Shown in pieces: positions 35,701 to 48,538 of a stretch of DNA of 64,000 bases. The notes under the pieces are model-generated. The model made no database searches, was not told where the DNA came from, and saw only the letters and a list, made by a program, of their open reading frames with translations. Numbering within the stretch: position 1 is the first letter of the stretch; each line of letters begins with the position of its first letter. Source of the DNA: Azolla caroliniana (taxonomy: Eukaryota; Plantae; Polypodiophyta); assembly GCA_043228905.1 (NCBI GenBank), contig JBHGNT010000020.1, forward strand, positions 5,394,001 through 5,458,000, in the 5' to 3' direction. The position numbers were made by a program, and so were the translations under genes.

Positions 35701-38700
35701 CCGACCCACCTCAACCTCCACGCCCAAGGGGCCGCCGATTTACCTTTGTGTACAACATCCGGCTGTCCGATTGAGTGGTCCTCAACCCACTTGCATGGTT
35801 TTCTTCGACCGTGAGCATCGAACGTAGGTCGAAGGACAATGGCTTCTCCCGGGTGCAAATTGCCGTTCGGATTGGCCTGTATCGGTGTGCTAGACCACTA
35901 AAGCAGATCTGGACCATCTTGTCCTCGTCCACCTTCACGTTGATGGACCTGAACGTGTCACAGATCTCCTTAATCTTGGTGGTGTAGTCGGTGGTTGACA
36001 TGTCCCGTTGCCGGATATTGTTGAGCTCTTGTTGGAGCTGCAATTTCTGAACCGTGGTACTTGCAGGGAAAATCTTCCGGAGATGAGATTTTCCCAGGCC
36101 TCCTTCGGTGACTTTGCGTCTCTGATGTAGCCGAGCATCTGGTCATGCACACAGGACGCGAGACAGTACAACACTTTGCTCGCTCCTTGTTCCCATGCCG
36201 GGAAGCCCTTGTGTGCAGGCTCTAACGCTACTTCATTCGCTCCTTCGACATAGCTCCAGTATACGTGTCCGAGTAGATACTGGTGCATCTTGTAAGACCA
36301 AGATGCATAGTTGTTTTTGTCGAGCTTCTCTGTCGGAAGCGAGCTTGCCATCCCTCGGTCCATTTCTTTTCTTTCCGATCTGTTCTTTACCGGTGATTAG
36401 GGTTTGTTTGTTTCGAGCCGTTGTCGGCAACAGAGGTTCTCAACCCTCTCGTTCTGATACCATGTGAAAGTTAATATGCGGAAGCTTTGACAAAACCGGT
36501 TACACCGGATAGCAACAGAGAATAAACACAGGTTTAATGGAAGCTTAGAATACACACTTCACGGGAGTGGGAGAGACAAAGAGAGCATAATAGCATAAAC
36601 TCAATTCGAAATAATAATGCTGTGTACATACAATGTGCTCTGTGAACAGAAGTACTAACAAGTACTTCAATGCTCATACGAGCGACTGACACTGACTCCT
36701 ACAAATATGCATACGTACTAGGCTAGATTCGTAGGCCTCTAACGGCCTACCGGTTACAATCCGATCCGTCTCTTTGATCCGTCTCTCCGATCCGTCTCTG
36801 GCTTGTTTAGACGATACGGATCCGGTTGAACTTGTCTGCTCAACACATGTACACACCATAAGGGGGTCATTTGGGGCCTTTACCCCAACATGAGCTGTCT
36901 ATATATGGATTGGTGCCCAATTGCCCAACACAGATAAGTTGGCAAGTTAACCACTACCATGAAATTGGCAGAGTATCTAGACCAGCTCCAAAGGAACATT
37001 TCTCAGGCTGAGATGCATTGCGGTTCCTCTTTGATTAATCTAGTTAATTTTCCCTCTATTTTGTTCATCGTATCCTGTATTTCCGTGTTTCTCACAATCA
37101 TATGCTTCTGATGTTGTGCCAATTTGAAGGCATTTGGTGGTTTCAATTTTACAATGGACAATGATTAGAAGAATAAAGGGGACCTTGTCTAGCGGTTTAT
37201 CAAAAGACAACCTGGTTTGCTAACTTCAATATGAGGACATTACTTACCACATTTTTACTGTACTCTTCTCGAATACTTCAAAGACATGTTAGATGTGATA
37301 CCTTCTCTGGTTCACTCTCTTCTGAATTTATGGCATGACTTGTAGGTCTTCATAAGACTCTGAAAATAGGAGACTCATTTCCTTTTATGTTTGGGGATAG
37401 ACTTCTAATTCTAATTTATAGCATGTCATCGTAGGTCTTTATAATCTTCTGAAATAGGACTTATTTATTGTTTGTTTGGGGAAGGAGGGAGGCCAATGTG
37501 ACGTATGACAATGAAATTGACATTTATTTAATCTTATACCATATCTAGTGTAATAATAATCTTGTAGGTCTTTTTTATAATCTTCTTCCTAAATAGGACT
37601 CATTTCTTGTTTGTTTGGGGAAGGAGGGAGGCCAATGTGACCTATGACAACGAAATTGACATTCATTTAATCTTCCATATCTAGTGAAATAATAATAATT
37701 AAAGGGAAACTCTTGAAATCTATCAATAATATTATTATCATCACAACCCTGTTGGAATCTGCAACCTGTACCCAGTACACATGAAATAGCAAAACCTATA
37801 CATGCATATACATACTAAAAGCAAACATCTGACTCTTCTATAGCCAGCACACACGTCCAAAGGCCACAATCAATTGACGGTGCGAAAAGGTGGCTTATGA
37901 TCCTGTCTGGAGGCTTGCCCAATTGCCCACTAAGAATATATTCACCTTTCATACTGCTAATGCTCACCTAGATGTCTCAGGACAACAATTATTGCCATCG
38001 AAATCTATGAAATTTTGAAATTTTACAAAATTACTATTCCTTTTTTGGAAATCTAATATATATAGTGAATTAATGTAACCAACCAAAAATTAATGCATCA
38101 TAACCGTATGGAAATGGTATTTAATACTCAAGAAACATATTTATTGCCAATAAATCATGGTGTGTAGCTATTTAACTATCTATGACGATTAGCCAAGCAG
38201 ATGCTTCTTTGCTAATGATACTCGTTGAAGGATGTAATACAGCACATTAATGAGTGGTCAGCTATACTAATTCAATTTCTGTTATGGTTTGTATGTAGTA
38301 CAGCATTAATTGATATTTAACTACATTAATATGGTTTTAAATAGCTTCGCAATCAATGAATGATTACTGGTTAGAATTATAACTTTGGATGGTTTTATGG
38401 TAAAATTTCAATCCCTTTAGTCCAGCTATATTTGTATTCTCCCTAAATGAAATCTACCTAAACCAATAATAGCTGGCCCTATGCCACTGCAATGCTAAAG
38501 AGCTTGATCAAGCAATACTCTCCAATAATGCTTGCATAACCATCCTTAGATACTGTAGTATACTGTGCAACAGCATACGTAGTGCTCTTCTAATGATGAT
38601 TTTATACACATTGTCATGTTTTTCTCATGAGGTATTCATGCCACCTACTTGTCATATATCTGTACCTGCAATTGATGCAATGTCTGCTGTATTGATCTAT

Positions 38701-39914
38701 GAGACGAATGGATAACTATATACCAAGAGTATGCATATGTGTGGATAAGATAGTCATCATCTGCACCCCTGACTCTTGCTGAGGCTCAATGGTTGTCTTA
38801 ATGTCAATCGTCTAGCTGATTGGGTTCTGGAAAACCTTGAACTAAAAGAGATATCCATGAATTGGATTCTATAATACAACCTTGCATCTGAGGAGAACTC
38901 AAAAAGGCTGAAATGAACCATGGGACACTTGAATGAGAGAGGCTTCTACATTACATGACTGGTAATATAATATTGTTGTGTGTAATTACACAGGTGGGTG
39001 ATGCTGCTGCAATTCTAGGATTTGTTGGGGCGCCTTGGACTCTGGCGACATATATCATTGAAGGTAAAACTACGCGTACCTATACAACCATAAAGAGCAT
39101 GTGCTATCAATCTCCAAAGATATTGAGGGCCTTGCTTAGTCATCTTGCTCGAGAGATTGCCAACTACATGATATTTCAGATCAAGCAAGGTGCACAATGC
39201 ATCCAGATCTTTGATTCATGGGGTGGTCAACTCACACCAGAACAGTGGGATCTGTGGTCAAAACCTTATATTCAGCAGGTAATGTTGGTGACGATTGTTC
39301 TCAGACAAGAATACAGAAAAGAATATAAAGCAAACATTTTGACGTTTTAACCTGGATTGAGGCAATCCTGATGTCATGAAATCTTTGTTGGAAGTTCTGG
39401 CTGAAGGAGGTCCTATCCTAACAATGTATTCTCTGCAGATGGTTACCATAGTGAAGGAATGTTGTCCAGGGGTACCTGTAGTGCTATATATCAATGGAAA
39501 TGCAGGGTTTTTAGAACGAATGCAAGAGACTGGTGCTGACGTTATTGGCTTAGATTGGACAATAGACATGGCCGATGGGCGCCAGCGACTGGATGAGAAA
39601 GTGGGTGTTCAAGGGAATGTGGATCCAGCTCTGCTATTTGCTCCGCTGCAAGCAATATCTGAAGAGATAGAGAGGTATTTACTATTGTTGATACCTCTTC
39701 CTTTCAGTGGATATTATTGAAGTTCAACTTTGGGTTGATTGCTTTTATTGACTGTAGGGTTGTAAAGAAAGCTGGAAGGCGAAGACATATTCTTAATCTA
39801 GGGCATGGAGTTCTTGTTGGAACTCCAGAGGAAAGCGTCTCACATTTCTTTGAGACTGCGAGACAATTATCATATGATTCCCTTTTTTTAAATCAAGAGC
39901 CAATTCCAGTATAG
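29739..39914 (+). CDS. HEME1: Uroporphyrinogen decarboxylase 1, plastid-targeted; exons 29739-29770, 29867-30003, 30902-31284, 38994-39278, 39439-39674, 39758-39914 (409 aa)
   Basis: UROD motifs [57 protein letters not shown] and HILNLGHG. All introns are GT-AG with consistent phases (2,1,0,0,2), 1230 nt in total. Exons 1-2 (transit peptide) are inferred from phase fit and are less certain. Confidence 0.92.
32202..36845 (-). mobile_element. Ty1/copia in UROD intron 3, antisense to the gene, 3' LTR missing
   Basis: 5' LTR at 36463-36845, PBS TGGTATCAGAAC, gag [20 protein letters not shown], integrase and RT. RNase H is truncated at about 32202. Confidence 0.92.
37339..37700. repeat. Intronic tandem duplication, ~130-bp unit x2 plus a partial diverged copy
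   Basis: GTAGGTCTT...GTTTGTTTGGGGAAGGAGGGAGGCCAATGTGAC...CATATCTAGTG repeated at about 37430 and 37563. Confidence 0.85.
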
Positions 39915-41063
39915 GAAAAGCTAGCCAGCCTTTAGCATTGCTTGCTATTTCAGACCAACATCCTGGGGTTCCCCATACTAAAACCACTATCCATGTTTCT
40001 GAACTTTTTGTGCCTGATTGGTTCATGTATGGGGGGGAACATTGCCTCCAATTTATCTTTCATATTATTTCGCTAAATATGTATATGGCTATAGGCAGGA
40101 ATTTTTCTATTGTGGAAGGAGCATTGCCATTCGTTTAATTATATTTTTGTAGGAATATCGCTACTATTGAGATGTTGAGTAGAAGTGTGGGATGGCATTA
40201 CTCTTTAATTAGTCTAGCTCTTAGTCGCATTTCGAGGAACTAAGCCATTCTTTCAAGGCCAAACACGATCAATAAAATAGTTTTATTAGTAGCATTGCAT
40301 TGGTAAATCATATGGAGCGGATTATTATAAATGTGAATTGAATCCAAGAACCAAATTATAAAATCAAAATTTCTTGGGCTGTCTTTCTGTGTGATGATTA
40401 GCTGCTCAAAGCCAGATTGCAATCTCCTCGAGTACTTCCGTCTAAGTTTTCTTGATGTGTCTCCTTTCTAAGAAGGGATATTTAGACTTCCGTCTTGATG
40501 TGAAACTCATGTCATCACTCCCTATTAATGTCATTGAAGCTTTCATGAATTGCATTATATTTAGAGCATGTAAAAAGCAAGTGATGCTCATCCTCTACTA
40601 TCCCTTCCTCACATATGTTATTGCCTTTATGATGTTGTAATGCCACTTCAATACCTAGCTTATTTGAATGAGTGCGAAGGAATGTTAGGGCTTTACGTGA
40701 GTTAATACTCATGTTAGTAATGAGGTAAGGTTGAATATGATCAAGAGGCCTTGTTGTATATCAAACCCAAAATTAAGGGTTAATGTTTTAAATGCAATAT
40801 TCTAATTTTCTCCTTTTAAACATCGTCATATTTCTTCCTTAGTGGTTCCATTAAGATTTCTTCAATAGCTAAATATTTCATAGCATTACTCAAAACTTCT
40901 AAGAGATCTTACACACCCCATCTTTCAAACCATTCTTTGATGTCAACTACCCAACTAGGTGAAAGAATTTTGTTATTGTAATTCATTTGTAGTTTGTATC
41001 CATTATTCCAAGCAAGATGTGATAGTCTATGGTTGGACATATTCTTAACTTATGTAATAAAAC

Positions 41064-41210
41064 CATAGTTCTAGCCGTACGTCTCATTCGTGCCATACTC
41101 ACATGCGAATATTCGTATCATACTCATATGTGAAAAGGCTCTGAGTATGATTGAAATCCATACGCGGTACATAGATATAATCATATATACATACGGTGTA
41201 CATACTACAT

Positions 41211-41267
<57 letters not shown>

Positions 41268-41541
41268 CTAAGGGTTTTGTTTGTGTGAGGGAGAGAGAAG
41301 CTCTGATAGTCCTTGAGTGTGTATTGGATTCTGTAGAGAGAGAAGATCTGTCAGTTCTCGTGTGAGAGAGAGAGAGGGTGTGTGTGTGTTAGACGTCACT
41401 TCTGTTCGCAACGAATTATGAATATCAAGAAAAAAAACTAAAAAAACCAAAAGGAAAAAAATAATCCAAACAAACGTATGCAAACGTTCGCATACGTCCA
41501 CCAAATTGGACGTGTCATGTATGCGAATATTAGGAACTATG
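41064..41541. mobile_element. hAT-type MITE (478 bp)
   Basis: TIR CATAGTTC/GAACTATG. Perfect 8-bp TSD AATAAAAC at 41056-41063 and 41542-41549. Internal (TG)n(GA)n. Confidence 0.85.
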
Positions 41542-41687
41542 AATAAAACTATGTACTCTTTGTAGCGTCAATATTTGTATAAGTCATACTCTTGTTTTCG
41601 AGAGCATAACCTATTAGAAGGTGTTCACTTTAATTCCCAATTATTGCATTAAAAACACCTTTTGAATCTTTTTATCTCATTCCAAAC

Positions 41688-42262
41688 CATAGTACGTAAA
41701 ATTCGTGTTCATCTACTATATCATTCGTTTTTCTACGTTGGAAAACGAACACGAATGATATTCAAATATTCGCATGTTTTTGTTTTCCTTTTTTCCCATT
41801 TTTTACCTTGTTTTTTGGGGTTTTACCTCTTTTCCCCCCTTTTCCTCTACACATCAACGCTACGCTCTACTCTCCTCCCCTTTTTCCCCTTTTTCCTTGA
41901 ATGATTTGCTGCTTGAACGATCTGCTGCTTGCATCGTGTACATTAGTCAATAGTGAGTCAGTACCCACATCTTCTCCCGGCCATTATTTTCTGTAATTTT
42001 TCACTAATTTTTGTAATTTTGTTGTAATTTTTGTAATTTCGTTGTAATTTCGTTGTAATTTTTGTAATTTCTGTTATTAAGAAGGTAATGTTTTTTTTGC
42101 AATTTAAAAAAATAAATTTACCTTGAAAAAATATTTACCTTATAGTAAATAATTTATCCAAAAGTATGGTATTTAACATTTTTCGAGGGTGTTTACCCTT
42201 CTCAAATGATTGAATCATTCTCGAACACGAATGCACGAATGGTACACATGGTTCATACTATG
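41688..42262. mobile_element. hAT-type MITE (575 bp)
   Basis: TIR CATAGTA/TACTATG. Perfect 8-bp TSD TTCCAAAC at 41680-41687 and 42263-42270. Internal GTAATTT minisatellite. Confidence 0.85.
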
Positions 42263-43143
42263 TTCCAAACATTAAATGGGATAATGCCTCCATAAAGCAA
42301 AACTTGAGTTACTATTACATTAAATAACATTAGTTTCACTTCCCATCCATGAGTATCACTTTGGTTGTATTTAATTTTCAACATATATAACTTTTCCAAG
42401 TAGCGTCAAGCCTAAACTCAAGGCATTTACTCCATTTATTTGTGGAGTGTACATCAATATCAAGATACTTAAAGCTCTATAGAAATCGTACATGTTCTCC
42501 CTTTATGTAAGCATAGGGTGTGATGAGGTTGGATGGGTGGTTTGCATTACCATTATTTTTGTTTTATTTACATTTACAATTAATTTACTACTAGAAAAAT
42601 GTTTCTAATGCTCCATGTAAACATTCCATACCATCAAAATCATATGAAAAGATAACCACATTGTCCCCATATAGACGCAATAAGGTAACTTGTTGCATAC
42701 TTTTTGGTGCATCTACTCACTCTTCTCTTGCAACATTATTCACCACTTCTTCTGATTTATCAACACATAAACAAAAGTATATAGGTGATAGAGGACATCC
42801 TTGCTTAAACCCCGTGTTGCTTAAAAGGTATTTTGAGAATCCATTCTCAGTTTTTAGTTGGCATCTTACTTCTCATATAATCGTGCACATAGATTGACAC
42901 ATGCACGATATTTGTGATATTCTCAATATTCGAGAATACGAAATGGCCCTAAGAATATTATAAAACCATTTGTTTTGCAAAATAAATATACAAAAAATTA
43001 ATTAATTAAATTTTTAAAAATAAATAAATTTAATTCATTAAAAAAATTAATAATCATTCATTAATAAATTATAAAAATATGATTAGTATTAACTCTCCTT
43101 TATAGTGACAAATGAAAAATGGGAGAGCTTATGAACCTTTTTT

Positions 43144-44340
43144 TTAATTAATTAATTTTAAAAAACGAATATTTTTATATTTATTATAGAAATATACTCT
43201 TAAAAATTCGACTACATGTGTTGCACAATTCATATGCACATCATTTGCCTTTAGCTGTTCATGGGTAAGTGCCCGCTTTATAACTGCACTTGCTCCATTA
43301 TGTTCACCTTTACCATGGCCAGACCCCAAAAAATTCCATCTCATCTCCAAACCTATTACAGAAGAATACCTCCCAACAAAATAAAATGGACGTCTAGTCT
43401 TGAATTGTGACGTAGCTCCGTTAGACCATACCTAATGTTGAGTAAGCTCCAAACGTTGACATAATAACCATTGCCAATGTAACTTAAAACAGTGTTGGAC
43501 AAACAAGGTATCATGCTTCTTATCATCAGAAATAAAAAAATGAATTACTTTTTTAACATCACCTGAAACTCGAAAATATGTTATGTGCACAAAAATGGTT
43601 ACTTGCATTGAACACCAATGCATGGATTGAATTTCATTCTACTGCTTGAAAGTATAATTCTCTTCGAAATCTCCTACTGAGACTATACTACATTTGGAAA
43701 ATCAGATATGCAAGTCTTAAATTGATGGGCTTGCCATGAATAAATGAAGTTGTGTTTAATGAACTTTCCTAGAGATACTACAAATAGAGACGCCAAGTCC
43801 CTTGGTTTAAGCGACTTCGAAATTGGTGTCCACAGACTTAAATAACTTGACAGATATTAATATTTCACTATTAAACTCTTTTGGACACCACCTAAATCTA
43901 CTAGGGCCACAATCTTGACATAAACCCATGGCACATTTATGACCGTGGAAGATAACCTCAGATTCTCTTGGACACAATACTGAATCTAAAAGACCACTCG
44001 TGGAAGAGATAACATGGTCTGATGATTACAGTGCTCTTGCAAGCTAGATTGACAAATTGGACAGTGACAAGTGCAGACTACATCCCCTAGGGAGGAGCTA
44101 TGGTGACGTAGTAGATTAACAGAGTCCTTGAAAAAACCCATTTGTACATGGTAAATGCAACAACATGTGTATCAATCCTTTAAGCATCTCACAAAGTGTG
44201 GCTTAAGAGACTCGAATGTTCGTAGTTAAACTTTGATATTTGGATGCATTCTCTTAAACCTAGTAAATAAATCAACCTTTGTAATAAAAAGGGAGTCCAG
44301 TGAGTATAAAAAATGTGCCTTGATGTAGCTAGTTAGATAT
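43144..44340 (-). pseudogene. DDD transposase relic, Sola (Sola2)-like
   Basis: Minus-strand motifs FESLKP..V..TCCCIYH, DFEENY..EIQSMHW..QVT, SDDKKHD, WSNGATSQFK and WNF.GSGHGKGEH.G...VIKR, with stops and frameshifts. The family name is from recalled motifs. Confidence 0.7.
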
Positions 44341-44533
44341 AGTGTGGTAGCTGATTAGCTCTTAACATAGCTAACTAGCTATTGCCAGTAGCTAATTAGC
44401 TATTAAGAGTAGCTAATTAGCTATTGACATTAGCTAATTAGCTACTCTAATAACTAATAAGTTCCTGTCAAAGTTAATATGCAGAAGCTTTGACAAACCG
44501 GTTTATACGGATAGCTAATAACTAATAAGTTCT

Positions 44534-47189
44534 TGTCAAAGTTAATATGCGGAAGCTTTGACAAACCGGTTTATACGGATAGTGACAGAAAATAGAGAAT
44601 GAAGGTTTAATGGAAGCTTAAGAACAGAGAATAAACAAGAGAGACCGATAGTGCGAGCAGAACGCATAAAATCAATTCAAAATAATAACACTCTATACAT
44701 ACAATGTGCCCATTGAGTACTTCAATGCTCATATGAGCGACTAACACTGACTCCCAAAAATATGCCTATGTACTAGGCTAGATTCGTAGGCCTCTAATGG
44801 CCTACCGTTACAATCCGATCCGGCTCCTAGTTTCGAATACCATCCAGACACTGATCCGGTTGTCCTTCCTTGATACCGATCCGGCTCTGGCTTATTCAGC
44901 TGATCCGAATCTGGTTGAGCTTGTCCGCTCAACACTTCACCTCAAGCTCAACTTGAGGTTGGCTCGCGGTGTCAGTATCTACGGTAGCCAGTCCTCTCCT
45001 CCGGCTCTTCCTGGCGTCCTCATGCTTAGCTCGCGCTCCTCGTCCGGTCCAGTCTTTCATTCCTCGACCCGTCCGGTTCCGTGTTCCTTGACCTTCTACT
45101 CAGAAGGCCCATCTTAGCTCCTTTGCTGTTGCGACTCCGGCGCGTCTCGACCCATCGGTTCCTCTGTGTCAGTGTCGGCTCCCGTTCCTTCTTGTTTGTT
45201 TGGCCTTCGGTTGATTTGGCTCCTCTGAATCGAACTCCTCTTTAGAATCGGCTGCATCTGATTCATTCTAGCTCTTGTTTGAATTGGTTGTCTCCAATTT
45301 GTCCTCTATCTTCAGGCCCTTTACTAGATCAGACCATGTCTGGGTCTTGACGTTCTTCTTTCAGTCAGCTCAATCCTTCTTGACTCTGCTGTTGTCGCTG
45401 CTTGTTCCGACTTTATTGGATGTGCCAACTTCTTTAGTCGACTCAACTTCCTTTTACTTCTTGTCTCCCCCTATTTCGGTTTCCTTCTCTTCAGCTCCTT
45501 GTTCACCATTACCTGTTTTCTCGGTTTCCTCCTCTCCCCCCTTAAAGTGCGGCATGTGGAGATGCTGAATACCAAGCATCTCAGAAAAATGCTGCAACTT
45601 TTCTAGGCCAAGAGGTTTGGTGAAGATGTTGGCAACTTGCCGATTCGTCTGGACATACTAGAGTTCTACTTCACCGCTGAGGACCCGCTCGTGCACAAAG
45701 TGATAATGCACTTCGATGTGCTTCGTCTGAGCATGGAACACAGGGTTCTTGGCTACTTGCATGTTGCTCATGTTGTCGCAGTAGATCGGGATTAGAGTCG
45801 GGACTTCGATCCGGACATCTTGCAGTAGCCACTGAAGCTAGATGGCTTCACAGGTGGCAACGGTAGTGCCCCGATACTCAGCCTCAATGCTCGAAAGAGC
45901 CACAGTCGGCTGGTTTTTGCTGCTCCAGGCAACAACCGTGCTACCTAGAGAGAACATGAATCCGTAAGTGGACCGTCAATCCGACATGTCTCCGGCCCAG
46001 TCGGCATTTGTATATCTGACTAGCTTCTTGGTTATACCACATCGGTATAACAATCCCCGGTCCTTAGTGTCGCTAACATACCACAGTATTCAGTGCACGC
46101 ATTGAAGGTGCTCCATAGTCGGCCTCTGCATGAACTGACTTATCGCTCTGACCGGATAGCTAATGTCGGGTTGCGTCATCGTCAAATAAATAAGGCTTCG
46201 GATAATTTGTCGGAACCATTTCGCATCGCAGGCCGATCCGGAGTCGGGACGAAGCTTCAAGTTTTGGTCAAGGGGTGTGGAGACTGGTCGGAAATTCGTC
46301 ATGCTGAACTTGTACAACATATTCAGCACATAATGTCGCTGAGATAACAATATATCGTCCGGGGTATGGATCACTTCGATCCCGAGGAAGTAATGAAGCT
46401 CCCCCCAGGTCCTTCATTTTGAATGCATCTAACAACTGGGTCTTCACTCAATTAATTTCAACAAGGCCGGGTCTGGTGATGACTAGATCATCTACATATA
46501 ACAAGATACATACCAGACCTTCCAGACCTTTCCGGATGAACAGGGAAGAGTCCGACTTCGAAGCCGCAAACCCCATCTTACGGAACCAGTGCATGATCTT
46601 CAAATTCCAAGCACAGGGGGCTTGCTTCAAGCCGTAAAGGGACTTTTTGAGTCAGCACACAATCGACTTGTTCATCTCCGACTGAAAACTGGGGGGGTTG
46701 GATCATGTAGACCTGTTCTTCAAGGTCACATTGAAGAAACACATTCTTCATGTCCATTTGGTGAAGATGCCACCCCCTTGCCGTGGCAACTGCCAGCACC
46801 ACACAAACCATTGTCATTTTAGCTACCGGGGCGAAGGTCTCATCGTAGTCAATTCTGTGGGTCTGCGCATATCCCTTTGCCACTAATCGGGCCTTGTACC
46901 GGTTGACTGAACCGTCAACATTATACTTCACCTTGTACACCCACTTGCAACCGATCGGTTTGCAATGTCAGGGAGGGTCAACCAGGTCCCATGTGTCATT
47001 GGCATAAGGTGCCCACATTTCTTCCTCTATAGTGGCACACCATTGTGTGTCTTTGGCCGCTTCTGCGTAGCTCTCCCACTCATGCACTTCCGCCACCTTC
47101 GTCAAGTACGCATAGTGCTGCACCATGTACTCGTTATATACGTACCTTTTACAAGGTTCGTTTGGTGGGTCGATTGGCGCAAGGTTGAG
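44534..47189 (-). mobile_element. 3' half of a Ty1/copia (same group as the intronic element)
   Basis: 3' LTR at 44534-44934, similar to 36463-36845. RNase H and RT fragments at 45560-47180. Confidence 0.9.
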
Positions 47190-47497
47190 TGTAAACATGT
47201 ACGGGGGACTTAGGTCTGGCTTTAAATATGAGGCCTAGCTACCCTCATTTGACACATGATCGACTACGTTGAGACTCTGACATTGTGGTTGGTCAACTCT
47301 TGTAGCGAGCACGCTAGCACCAGGTACGACTTGACGCCACGACAGTGGTATGGGACGCCGATCGAAGCTCGAGTCTGTCTCGATCCCTTCGTTCGAGGGT
47401 GGTCGGGTGGATTGGCACCTTTCTTTCTCTCTCTCCTTTCTTATTTATTTATCTTTTATCCTTATCATATGCTTACATTAGTAGCTAAGCTCTAACA
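47190..47497. repeat. Probable solo LTR lacking a TSD
   Basis: TGTAAAC...CTAACA, 308 bp, abruptly separating two unrelated copia coding fragments. Confidence 0.5.
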
Positions 47498-48538
47498 TTC
47501 GGCCATGCATATTTCTAGGATACCGTGATTACGAGTTTGACTACCGGCTATAGGACATAGCCGAGAAGAAGGTCATCCAAAGCTGGGACATAGTCTTCAT
47601 GGAGGAGAAGATTATTGCCGACTAGGAGAAGGAGAAGACGAGTGCTCTCTCCTGGCCAGTTGGAAGTCGAATAGCGATTAAAGAACAAGCCTACCAGATA
47701 CAGACAGGGAGTTAGATCGGTCGAAGGCTAGTCGGGAGCGAAATCCAAACAGGGATATGAACATGGGGTCGGATCTAGAGCCGGATTGACTAGAAAACAT
47801 TCAGTCATATCCAAAGAGGAAGAAGTAGTCGACTCCGAATCGAACGATGAACCAACCGAAGGAGAAGATGAAGGACCTTGCGAGCCAACTGAGGAAAACA
47901 AATTTCCAAATAAAGAGTACATGTTACTAACCGATGAGGGGGAGCCGAAAAGCTTCGAGGAAGTGAATAGGGTCACCCACAATAGAGAGTGGCTAAGTGC
48001 AATGCAGGATAAGATGGATTCCCTACATGAGAACCACACGTATGAGCGGACGGAGTTGCCGAAAGGAAAGAGGGCACTCCAAAAGAAGTGGGTGTATAAA
48101 CTAAAACTAGGAGATGGTGGAAATCCACCAAGATATAAGGCATGCATTATGGTGAAGGGCTTCCAACAGAAGAAAGGAGTGGATTTCGAAGAAATATTTG
48201 CCCCGGTAGTGAAGATGACATCCATCCAGATAATGTTGAGCATAACGGCAAGTATGGACCCTGAAGTCGAGCAGTTGGATATCAAGATGACGTTCTTGCA
48301 TGGTGATCTCGAAGAGGAGATATATATGCAGCAACCGAAAGGATTCATCGAAAAGGGCAAGGAGAACCTGGTATATTGATTGAGGAAAAGCCTTTACGGA
48401 CTCAAACAGGCTCCCCGGCAATGGTACCGAAAGTTTGAATCCTTCATGGCCGATCAAGGCTACTATAAAATGCAGGCCGACCATTAAGTGTTTGTGAAGA
48501 AGTTTGACGGAGGAGACTTCCTTGTTCTCCTACTATAT
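47498..48538 (+). mobile_element. Tork-like copia INT-RT fragment
   Basis: RPCIFLGY, LLTDEGEP, FLHGDLEEEIYM and [10 protein letters not shown]. Paralog of 26260-27300. Confidence 0.88.

Larger units (their letters stand above)
40450..42895 (-). mobile_element. Degenerate LINE (RTE/RTE-X-like) ORF2 3' portion
   Basis: Minus-strand GFKQGCPLSP and LYGDNVV (RT motifs) and C-terminal LRTHSNKLGIE...CEEGIVEDEHHLLFTC..Y zinc-knuckle region. Interrupted by two MITEs. Confidence 0.75.

Noticed and set aside
31831-36890. Older solo LTR (TGTTGGG...CCCAACA) hosting the intronic copia
   Set aside because: The termini are suggestive, but the flanks (CTAAT/TGAGC) give no TSD, so it is not listed as a feature.
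36463-44934. LTRs at 36463-36845 and 44534-44934 as one element capturing UROD exons 4-6
   Set aside because: PBS and PPT positions show they are the 5' LTR and 3' LTR of two separate elements whose internal regions extend away from the gene segment between them, and the two LTRs are clearly diverged.
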